Below, in pieces: positions 40,401 through 52,700 of a stretch of 64,000 nucleotides of DNA. Location: NCBI GenBank assembly GCA_040954595.2, contig CM082581.2, positions 5,634,699-5,698,698 of the forward strand. Direction: 5' to 3'. The first letter of the stretch is position 1. Each line of letters begins with the position of its first letter. The notes beneath the pieces are model-generated. The model searched no databases, was not told the DNA's origin, and worked only from the letters and a program-made list of their open reading frames with translations. Made by a program: the position numbers and the translations under genes. Source of the stretch: Balanoglossus misakiensis. Taxonomy: Eukaryota > Animalia > Hemichordata.

Positions 40401-43400
40401 GATTTCACAGGCGGAATGTACTCTTTGTCAACTATTTGGAGAAAGCCACAGACTATGAAGCAGCCTATCAATCGCGTTTAGCAACAGTGCTCTTCAATAA
40501 TTTGACAGTGTTGGTTCTCACACACACAGCTGCTCAAACACAGCAAACAAATCAAGTCTACATGCACTGTATTAGGTTGAGTTTAGACATTTTTTCCAAA
40601 CATTTCTCATTTTCCGCATTTTTTTCTCTCAAAATAACATCAATTTAGAACCAAAAGTAGACTTGCGGTAATGTAATTCTCAGTTTGGCTTCGCTAGATC
40701 ATCATTAGCCAAGCATCTCTGTTAAAATGTTCACAGCGGTCTGTTTAGATTTATCGTGCTGTGGATATGCTTGAAAAACTCCACATTATGATATCAATCA
40801 ACAAACGCACTTCAATTGACTGTAAAAACAAATCCCACAGCACACTGAAGAATTCCAAACTGCTCTATTTAGAATGTCATACAAAAAAAACATCGAAACA
40901 AGAATTATTTTCATTTCAGATTAACGAGGTCATTATTCTGGTCCTACTTTCCCCCTAGAGACAATATTCCTTTTGAAGCACGGCCCTTGAGAATTCATCC
41001 CCAATCTCTGTATTCCGTGCACTCTCCCTTTCATCACCATCTTCAAACAGACAGAAAATCTGGACATAAAATTCTACAAATATATTTACATTGGGGTGGG
41101 ATAGATATTTTGTACGGCGATAAACTAAATAGCCTGATACTGTACAGCACACATGCTAACATGGCAGCTGTTATAACACAGCAGTTAATACAGAATGAAA
41201 ATTCATCCTTTTTAAGATACAAAGAAATTAAATGTAGTGGTCGGATTTTTCTTCTTTGTTGTGTTATCTCATTTTTTATTCCCAAACCACCACAGTGTGA
41301 AGAAATAATTGATCACAAAATTATTTAACACAACAACTCAGAGCGAGTGTTTCATATTTCATGACTTCTTTTGGGAAATGGGAGATTGTTTTGAGGTTAT
41401 AATCTGAGTTTGTGGGTACTTTCATTATATTTTCTTCCTAAATTGTAAGTACATGTAAAATGCAGCATAGCAAGTCAGAGCTTATCACAGCTGTGGTATT
41501 GAAAAGGTTCACCATGGTCATCTTTGATTACTTCCACGGATATTCCATAGTGGACGTGGTTTTTATTCCACAGTTCTGTTCTACAGACAAAGGTTTTAAA
41601 GTTCAGGGGTCAAAGTTCAATGAATAAGACATTGATATGAGATATCAGTCAGGTGTTTTCAACACATTTGATATTTTACAGTTACTGTAATCAGCCCTGT
41701 ACACTGCCTTCTTCAAGTACACACTTTGATCAAGATGCCATTTGTACTGTACTGACAGGAAACATGATGTGCAGTAATAGCCTACCACCACCCAATCCCT
41801 GTACACACACAATGACTGATTTACACACTCAATACATTGAGTGCCTTTTGCCCTAAATTCACACACATCCTTGTGTTGTCTTTTCTCAGCACTACAGGGA
41901 TTACTGATAGATCTGAGGTCAGAGGTCAATAAATTAACCACTATATTGCCTGACCTTTGAACCTGCTTCCTGCTAAGTGAACTCAAGGAGACTACATTTG
42001 TGGAATTGGTGCATCCACTTTTCCGGAGAGATCTAATCGAACGCATTTACAGACAAAACACAGCTGACTGAATGTACAAATTCAGTCATTTCCCGTCACA
42101 ATTTAATGCCAGGGGGAAAATTTCCTGATTTTGTCGAACAGAAAGAAAAAGGCTTTCCTATTTCCCATGGATACTGGGGATCCAATGTTATTGAATTCCT
42201 AGGAATTTCGTTTGATCGACTGACGTGGAAATTGTGTTCATTTCTGAGAAAACATCTGTGTTATAGGTCAGAGTAAACCCTGAATTATTTCTAGTCTAAT
42301 CCATTTTATTACATGCTCGCACAAATTGCTAAATTTGAAATCTGTCAATGTCTGTCACAAATGGTGGAAGTAATTTGTGTAGGCCGTTTCAGGACACTTG
42401 ACTGCTTAACTTAGAATCCATGAAAAAAAAATTAAACTGTATACATTTTATGTAACTATAGAGTCTTTCAATCTCAAATTCTTGTTTTCTTTGCAGTATA
42501 AACACGCAAGTCTCAAATTTGGATAAATTGAATAAGTTTTCAGATTGTAACGGCATCACAGATAATATCTATTAGTACAGCAAAGTTAAAAAGAGTAAGT
42601 TGAGTCTGTTTTGGTTGAGAAATACAAAGAAACAGATGAAATGGAGATTTTTCTTGTCAGCATTCAAACAATGTACTCTTTTGAATCAAGAATCCACAGG
42701 TTGGATTTAAACACAGAACATGGATTTTTCCTCTCCAAATATGGAGAAAAAAACTGAACAAAGAACTGTAAATCATTCCATAGACCAGCGAAATTTCAAA
42801 TTGAAAGTCCTTGACTGATTGGTTTTCAGAATTTCAGAGATAAAATCCAGAGTTAATTCTTTAAGGCTCTTGCTTATAATTTACAGGCAGAATAAACTCA
42901 AGGTTACTATGATTGACAGTTATGGTTGCAGTATGGGGAGGTGACCTCTGAACTCTCACCTCAAGGTTCACAATCAATCTGCTCACAGCATATTGTCAAT
43001 AAGACATTTTTGTTGTTGACAGAACAGACCGTTGATTGTTTCTCTCCAAATGCACGGCACTCATCAACTGAAGCTCTAGAACGAAAATTAATATCGCTAA
43101 CATGAATTTTGAAGGCAGCTTGCAACGTTGTTCCTGACAAGATATTTTTAACTGCAAATTTCTCAGACAGTTAATCTGTTTGCACCAAATGGACAGCTCT
43201 CTTTCTAAGTTTTACTCTTAATGACTTATTGATGTTTTTGTGTCATCAAAACTTGCAGTACTGGGAGTTTGCTTGCAGAAGGCAGAAAATGTCGAAAACA
43301 TCCGACCGTTTCTGTTAAGATTTTCAAAAGGTGGTCATAATCATCAAATACACAGCAGTCACTCTATGCAATTTATTTATGCCAAGCACACACACAAAAA

Positions 43401-43761
43401 AGGATTTATGTTGTTTTGTTTCACATCAGTGAGGTGATAACAATGTCTGCGTGACATATTGTGCAACAATCAACAATGAGTCTGCTGAGGCCGATGTTGT
43501 AGAGTACATCCGCGCAAACACGTGCAGGTGATGCACAATGTGCACTGCTGCACCAGATGAGAGAGAACTGTGGGTAATATTTAACCTATTTACCGAGAAG
43601 TGGTGCCAAGTTGATAGTTCATAGCGGGAGCTGATATGCGACAGAGATGATGTCCGAAGCACATCATATCATGTCAAACAACACATCAACAAGACACAGT
43701 ACACATCTCCTGTTTACTCAGCTATAAAACACTGACCAGATATCAACCAGTTTCATGACCA

Positions 43762-46700
43762 CTACCGCGTCCCTTCTTGCCGGGGTTGGAAAGTGGCACT
43801 GGCCATGAGCCTGCTCTCGTGGTAGTCGTGCAGCAGAGCCGCCATGCCCAGTCGTATCTCCCGCTCATTGCCGGCGTCGTACATGAAGTACGTATCGCCG
43901 AAGTTCACGTTGAGGAAGGGATCGCTGGAGTACGGAAGCAGCGGCCCCTGTCCCACCTCTTCATCGTAAAATGTGTACAAAAACTCTGAAAAGGGAGAAA
44001 AAAATAACAGCTCTCAGTAACTTAACAGAGGCAAAAGCAATTTGTTCACTTATCAAGTACATTTGTTGTGCAAATCACATGTATGATGCCATACAGGAAA
44101 TTTGTCGAGGAACAATGAATTAGTAACACTGTTAAATTACGACCATGTGGGAATCTATCTTCTATTTTTCACTAAGAGTGTATATAACTACATCACTTCT
44201 ACGCTGCATACTGGCAGCCATATTTCGAGTTCAATACTTTGTTGCTCCATGGACATAAATATGGCAGAAGTTCTAGGAACAAGCTGCTTGGTTACATTGG
44301 GTTCAAAGTTGAGAGGTCAAAGAGCATACTCACTGATTGGCTGGCCATTGATGGTGAAGAAACATGCCCCCGGAGGCAATAACAGTCCACAACCAAGAAC
44401 CAGTTGACTATGACTTGAAAACTGAAAATAAAACAGAATTTACAAAATATTTTTGACAATTAATTAATTCAATGTCAATATATAAGGCTAACCATCATTT
44501 CTCTATCATTACCGTAGTTATTATTATTATTCAAATCTTTTGATAAGTGAGCCATGTATGTTGACATCGTGGTCACTAATGCAGGACAATTGGTAAAGGA
44601 AGTATGGGGTTATTATGCTGTCAATCATTCGAATATGAATAGAGAGTGTAAAAAATCAAACATTACCTTGACTTTGTCGCCATCAGGCATCAGCATTGTG
44701 TTATTGGGACAGACTACACATTGTACGGACTGACTGTCATCAACATTACGGAAACCAAATGAAAGTGGCCTACAGAATCAAAATAATATTTAAAAAAAAG
44801 AACAATCACATACAAATTCATAATAAATGAATAATAAATAATCAAGAGTCAAAATACAATATTTCTGCTGTTTTTTGAGGCAGATTATTTCACTTGTAAT
44901 TTTGCTACCAGGACTGTTTCTAGAATCACTATGACAGATTGGATCAAGCAAGATTTACGTGATGGGAATACCTTTCATCGTTGCATGTCAGAGTGATTTC
45001 AAAGTACAGAGATGGCGGTGGGTGACTCTCTCCTTGCCCTCCGCCAACATCTGCAAGCTCCCTGATGATTGGCTGAGAGACAGGGACATCTTCTTCCTCA
45101 CACATAAGGTCTGGGCTGATTGGCTGGTGCAACTGACTGTCTATATTGTCATTCATAAGATCTAGGTTGATTGGCTGACAAGGCTGGTCCCCTCCGCCAT
45201 CTAGCCGACAAAGTTCCTCATCTCCGATACCCACATCACCACTGATTGGTGGATACTGGCTATCACCAGCGCCGTCATAAGTAACACCGCAACTGATTGG
45301 TGAATAGTGATTGCTGTCATCAAACGCATCAGATGTAACATCAATGCTGATTGGTTGGTAATGGTTACTATTCACTATGTCATCCAATGCACTATCAGTA
45401 CTGATTTGTTGATATGGATCGACAGAATCAGGAGAGCGTATGATTGGCTGATCCTGATCATGTGACTTAGATGCATTGTCCAATGGTATCCACCATGCTG
45501 TTGATGGTTTTGTTGTGGCTGATTTGGCAGAAAAATCTTGGTTCACATCACCAATATTGCGCTTGTCCATATAGCTCCCAGCTGACGAGATGGTATTCAC
45601 TGGAACAAACCCTTCCGGTATTTTAAACCTAAAATTTAACAAATAAATACATCAATCACAGACACAGTCACAATGCACACACAGTATTAAACCAGTACTT
45701 ACATGTAGTTTACTAAGTCACATTGTGTGTTTAACAGCAAACATCACATTGACTAATAGTTCACACATCAGTATATTTGAGATAATTTGGTTTTCTAATC
45801 CAGACAAAACAGTTTTATGAATTACATAAAATAAACACCATTTAAACCACAGCAGTGAAATCAAACTAGCTACTAACCTGAACGGTGTGGCACCAAAGTT
45901 AAACCTGACTTGTTGATCTGTTGATAGTGAACAGGCTGGGTACCAGGCCTCTGTCATGTCAATGTCTGTTGAGAAAAATCAATCACTGAGTAAATCACAG
46001 ACATCATTCTTGGAGACGCCACTGTTCAAACCATGACATCAGACAGAACTTTTCCTTCACATGTACTGGGCTTAAATACACTCAATTCTGACTCTCCTCA
46101 TTTTTCTTGTATTTTGCAAACTTTACGGTGTACTATGTATTTTCACATCTGTACACAAAAACTTACAAGTTTAACTGATGTCTCAAGTGCACATGAACTC
46201 ACCCAAGAATGCCGTGCCCAAATCAACACCGTTGAGCCAAAACGACAGCGTGCCATCCGAATGAAGCAGACAGCTTACAACATCGCCATCACGCCATTCA
46301 GTTCCGTAGTCATTATTCTGTCAACGAACGGGGAAAATGAAGATGTAAATAGCTGACCACAGGAGAATGGTGCATGGTGTCGATTTCAAATAGCAAAATA
46401 TTTTGATTGATAAATTGATTGCCTGACTATTTGAAAATATTTGGAGTAACAGTCAAATTCAATTAGAATTGGGTCAAAAGCACTATGATTGGTCAAGCGT
46501 CCTCACCATCTGTTCTGTGATTGGTCCATTCCACACTTTGCACCTGGCAGCATCAAATGCATAGGAGTGGATGTTGTCTCCAACACCAAGACCTACAATA
46601 ACATTTAACACACAAAATATCTTCAGACAAGTGGTTTGCCAGCTCATTATTATGCAAAGACAAATTAACAAATCACGTTACAAGTTTTCATAGAAGGAAA

Positions 46701-49700
46701 AGACATGCATTTGAAAAGCTTACCCTTTTCAGGACTGAAGTGACAATCTTTTGATGCCCAGCCTATTTGCATAATACTGCTTGATTTCAATGTCACCTAA
46801 AATGCCATGATTTGAAGAAGAAAAAATACTCACATCAAAACATTTGAAATGGATACATTAAAATTATGAGTTTGGAGGCTCATAAGTTTGTCAGTTCAAG
46901 AATTACTGTATGTTAATCTTCCACAGTAGGCGTTTTATTATATGCACATTCAACTCTAACATTTTTAAAATTTAGCTGGAAGTCATAATGAGAGAAGATG
47001 CATTCGTACCTCGTAGTACCATCCGACTGGTAGGTCATCCATTTCAGAAGCACAGATGGGAAGATTTGTACGAACGCTTTCAAATGTCCAATTATCATTT
47101 CGTACCTGTGAGAGACAGATTGTCAAATTGTGATGGCAATGAAAGACATACACTACAGTCCAGGAGGAATCACTCCTTACAATAACATAAGGAGATGCAC
47201 AGATCAGCTATAGTTATACTACCCAGTGCTGGAAAAGCGTCAATGTAACCGTTGTCCACGAAGTACAAAACTGTCTGCATGTAATACCTGGTCACATCAC
47301 TCCCTTCTCCCGCAGTCAGTATAGGGACCCTCTCTGCCTCCCTTTCTGAAATCAACCCCTCACCTCCAAACAGTCCCCCGTAAGTAGTAGTGCAGCAGTC
47401 TTGTCATCGGCATTCAACACCACGCCATACATGGGCAGCGGTTTCCACTCTGTACAGGACAGCCGAGTCAAGGCGGAGACCACGGGTACCTGTGGATCCA
47501 AAGCACAAGACAGGTGAGGCGACGCTTGACACTTTCCCAACAAAAAAATAGAGTTAAAACAGAGTGATGAATTCCACTGCAAGACTAGCTCATTTACTTG
47601 TATGTCAAGTCTACTCACTGTGATATTGAACTTGAGAGGACCACCAGAGCACAACAGAGTACACCACAGCAAATGAACAGCACCAGATTGACTCAGCACT
47701 TCACGGCAAAGCTTACAGGTATCTGTTGGTGTCAAAATGCAGGCAATAAACTCAATTAGGGGTGAAAAAAATATGATTTGATGCTTCCGTGAGCACATAA
47801 ATATTTCACTTTCACTCTTACTACTAAGTGGAGTGTTACTGCAGTGATGGCAAATCATATAGTTACACAGCCTCAATTATTTTCACAGGTATGGGTGGAT
47901 CTGTTTGGGGTTAAACGACACTGAAAGTTTTATCATTATTTGCCATGTACAATACATTATCAAACAACAATAAATATTACACATTTGATACTAGCACATT
48001 GACAATATGCAGAAAACATTGTGATATCCATTAAATCTTCTTGAAGTTGAAAATGAATATTGTCATTTTCTTGACAACAGATAACGTTACTGCAGTGACA
48101 TGAATTGCAACATACACATCTTCACGAACGATTTACACACTGCAAACTGTCAAGATGGGAAATCAGGTAATGAAAGGTCTCTTTTTTTAAATTCTATAAA
48201 ATCCATTCTTCAGCAACAGAATTGTCTCTTTTTAGAAATTGTATAATCCAATGCATATTCATTCTTGCACTGCATACACCACCTTCATCTGATACACAAA
48301 CAGCTGACATACCTTTCTCATTGATGGTTGCTAGGTTACCCAACAACAAGACTGAAAATCTGGCAAGGCTGGCATACATCTCATCGTATTCGTCAACTGA
48401 AATCAATAATTACAGTCATCAGATAAATCATCAACAAATCAATAAATAAGATTTAATGCAGGGTTGGGTGCTAAATATTGGAGGATGTGTCATAGCTCAA
48501 TTGATCAAAACACTTAAGAAGAATTGTGCAAATGCAGTGACACAATATGACACATGGTAGACCCAGCTACCAGATTATGCTACTAAACCCCAGAGAAACA
48601 CACAAGATTTTCCAATACCAATGTAGCCACAGTGACTGACTGCTGCTTGGGTCTGCCTATCCCCCAAAAGCCATTTACCTTCAGAAGACAAATGCCTCCT
48701 TTGCCTGTCCTCCGATATTTCCGTTGTGGCCTTAACCAATGTCTTGTCACTCCTTTCATGTGCAATGACAGTGGTTCTCAACAACGGATCGTCAGCATCT
48801 GCCGAACCACTCTCCGATGACAGTCTGCTTCCTGATTGGCCAACGTGTCTATCTCTAACCTCTGATTGGCCAACACCCGTGGATCTGGCTTCTGATTGGT
48901 CGTCCAGTAGATTGCTGTTGCCCGATGTATCGTTTCTGTTTTTGCTTGGTGAGAGTCTGTCTCCATTGTGGTATTCCAATGTCACATTGTCCAACACAGC
49001 GTGTATCCATAAATTGGTGATGTTGAACAGCAATGACACAGCTGCACCAACTAAAGTCTTATTTTCCAGTTCTCTCTTCTTGCACGATTCTGTAAATTGA
49101 GATCAATCAATCAAAATTAAACTCAAATCCATCTACCATTGTGTTAACATATAACTTTAATGGCATACAGTTTCTAACTTTCAAGATTTTCAAAAATTTA
49201 GGAGACCAATGTGAATCTTTTACTGCATCATATCACCCATCTTCAATTTCTTTACAATTTTTTTGTTAAGTCATATCAAACTTGGTTTGTTCTGCTTGAT
49301 ATTTTAACAAAATGAATCCTTTTACAAAGAAAACTGCACCTCAAATTCCCCTAACTAGATGGAATTCTGGGAATAAGTTCAAAGGTCACATAAAAAGAGA
49401 ACAGAACAGAACATGTATGCCTACCTAGTTGTTGAGAAAGTTGAGATAGGAAACCAGCAGTGAGAGACCAGGAGTCTTTCGGCACAAGACATAACATGAA
49501 CAATAATAATGTTAGCACAACAGAATAACAAACATAAAGCTGCCAGTTCTGTACTCTGTATTTAGACCTTGAATATTTGCTTCAAAGTTGGATACACAGG
49601 CTTCCACATGCATTTGTAGGTTTGTCATGTGTGAGGGGAGAGAGAATGTAAGTTACTGTGTTTGTTTGTTTGTGTGTGTGTGTTGTGAGACAGACAAACA

Positions 49701-52700
49701 AACAGAGATCGAAACAAGGATAAAGAGTTTGTATATAACATTCCAGTTTATGTTTTTTTTCAAATTACCAGTAAGGTTTGACTGAGTGGAACTCACCATG
49801 TGTAGTTGATGATGCTAGTACTCGTAACGCTCCAAGACAGTGGGCTAAAGGCAATGGCTGTGACTGGAAACTAGACACACCTTTATTACTACAAAACCTG
49901 AAGAAATAGCGACAATTATGCAAACAAAATATGATTTAGACGATATATGTTATGGTGAGATATTACACCAGTCAATTTCTAGCAAAATAGAATGGGCAAT
50001 CTAGACTACAGCAAGGTGGTTTTAGATTCTGTATTAATTGAAACATTGTAAAGTTGGCTCAGGAAACATGGTTTGCAGAATTGGAGAAGAGATTTAAACT
50101 ATACACCACGGTGCAGGTCGACTTACATGATAAGATTTGTCAGGTGGTCCATAAAACCGTTCACGCGAACAAACATGACATCCTTGTGAATGGGATTTCG
50201 GGCAAGTACTTCGAGCAGTTCCATCTCGGACACTCGACTGATGTTACGACTCGGTGGGCTGTTCACCAACAGGTCAATGGTTGGCACTAACACAAGGTTG
50301 GTAACTCGCTGGTTAACTAGATCAGCTGATAACAGAGCAAAAAGAGTAAATGTACCACTAAAACTAAGCGAATTGATCTGATTAAAAACAGGATTTTCAC
50401 CAACAAGATGGCTTTAAATTTTGCATTCACCCAATCAGTAATATTTCAATTTTATGACGAATTAAAAATCCCCAGCTTTGGGCTGATAAAAATTTATCAT
50501 ATGTATCATAATTAACAAAATAAAATATTCAGATTTTATCTGTAAGAAAGAAGACAGTCAAGAAGGAAATTTGACTGTATACCGAATTAAACACAATCTC
50601 ACAAAAGACTGGAGCATCAAAGGTTCATTTTCACTTTATGCAACAAAGAAAAGAAACTCACCATAAGGAAAAGACAAGTTCACTTTGCTATGTTTGATAC
50701 TTTTATCAATTAATTTCACCAGCAATCGATTTTCATCGAACAACGTAGCCACAACAACACAGGTGTGATTGTCCGGCAGATCCAATTCATTGAAGGTGGT
50801 CACACCGCTGAATGAAGTGGTCTCGTCCAAGATGAGGATCTTCTTCAGACCTGGGAAGATTTCAGTGGCCACTGTGAGTGAATTATGACAACTGTGATGG
50901 TGGAATGATTTATGATTTGATGAGAATGTGAATGTGATGTGATGTGATGTGATGTGATGCGAAGTGATATGATGTGATGTGAAGCGATGTGATGTGATGT
51001 GATGTGACTTGATGTGATGCGAAGTGATGTGATGTGATGCGAAGTGACGTGATGTGATGTGATGCGAAGTGATCTGATGTGATGCAATGTGACGTGATGT
51101 GACATGATGTTTAGTGATCACACGTCAGCTACATAAACTCACCTTTGAGGTATCGATCTCCGTGTTTACCGCGAATGGTGATGAACACGATGTTGCCAAT
51201 ATTCCTCCCTTCGTTTGCACACAAACACGGAATGTCCAGATGGAGCTCTCCGATCGCCGGGTACTGCTCCAGACTCAGGTTCTGGTAGATGGCTTCCTCG
51301 TTGGCCAAGGTGTCCCATATCATCACATTGATCTGAAGGCAAATGGTATCATTCGTGAAATGTTAAACACAAGACAGGGGGCACTTTCATTTGAGCAAAA
51401 AAGACACTTGTGAGGATTACAACTGTGTTGAGGAGATTGCTGAAATGCAGAGCTAAAATGCCAATGTGTTATGGGCTAACTACTGTTGTGTTCTATGTAC
51501 AACAGACACTGAGAAGGCCATAGGGATAGTAGTAAAAACATACCATGTGAGTAATCACATATAATTGGGCCATTTTAATTCTACATTCATTTGTGCCTGT
51601 AGATTAGTACTGCTTCCCATTGAAATACCAGGTTTCCATACTCAACAGCACAATATCAATTTTGCTCAAAGTTTCATGGCTACTGGATTAACGTACTCCT
51701 GGCAGACTGAACAACTTACCCCAGGTGCATTGCAATGATAAGGTTTGTCGTGTACACTGATACTTGAACTCTCACTGTCAATTTCAACAGTGAATTCAAG
51801 CGATGAATCTGAAAAATGTTAGAAAAAATGGAGATTTTCATCCGTTAGACCACACAAGCTCTGACACAACAGGAAATCATATCACTGCTAGTGCTAGACA
51901 ATGATGTATAAAGAGCCTAAATGAGAGCTCAGCTCTGTCGACATCTTCATTTAAAAACTGGTAACAATTTAACATCAGAGTTGTCAACTACAGAGAAACC
52001 ATCAGTATGTCAGTCTGTTCAGAACACACGAACATGTCAAATTTGTGATTTAGATACCATTATTCTATCAGCTAGCAAGATAATTAATCATTTGTCTGTC
52101 AATCTTCCATTTAAAAAACCGACAATATCCAGAATGAAAATGATAGTTGGGCTTACCAACATATCCCAGCATGCTTAGAGTTTTTGCTGCCATGGTAACA
52201 ACTTGTGTGTTTTCAAACTGTCCTATGCACAGATCTACCAGTGTCTGTAGGCCACCAGCCTTCAGGATTTCAATTTTGACTTCCTCTGTGAATAAGGAGA
52301 GACTTTGATACTTAATCATACAGTTCTATTGACACAGTGTGTGAGTTCAAAATATGCTGATCTGATCTGATCAGTCAATGGTGATGTCTGGACATCAGCT
52401 AACTTTGCCTGTTTTCTCCGTTCAGCACCAATGATCATACCAGACTTAACATTCAGCATCAAGACTGATTTCCACCCAGCTCACCTGATGTCATCGCCAG
52501 ATTCAGCATCAAGGCAGATGCCCAAAATGTCAACTCTGGATCTTGACACTCGGCAAAATACAACACGGGGGCCAGGATGCCACCTTTCACTAGCTGGTGA
52601 TGCAATTGTTCTAAAATGGGAGTTAAAATTAAGAAACAGAAATGTAATTCTTAGCAGACTCCTTTGACAGGCACTGCAGTGCATGCTGGCATTTGTGATA

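Noticed and set aside
44334-44421. Apparent frameshift in the second SPRY exon
   Set aside because: Recounting the C5 run shows the frame is intact ([13 protein letters not shown]).
49537-49549. 12-nt match to the 5' end of miR-22 (AAGCTGCCAGTT)
   Set aside because: Match stops at 12 nt and there is no complementary arm.
50636-51121. 161-aa HITSH-repeat ORF
   Set aside because: Translation of an intronic (GTGAT)n microsatellite running into a real exon.
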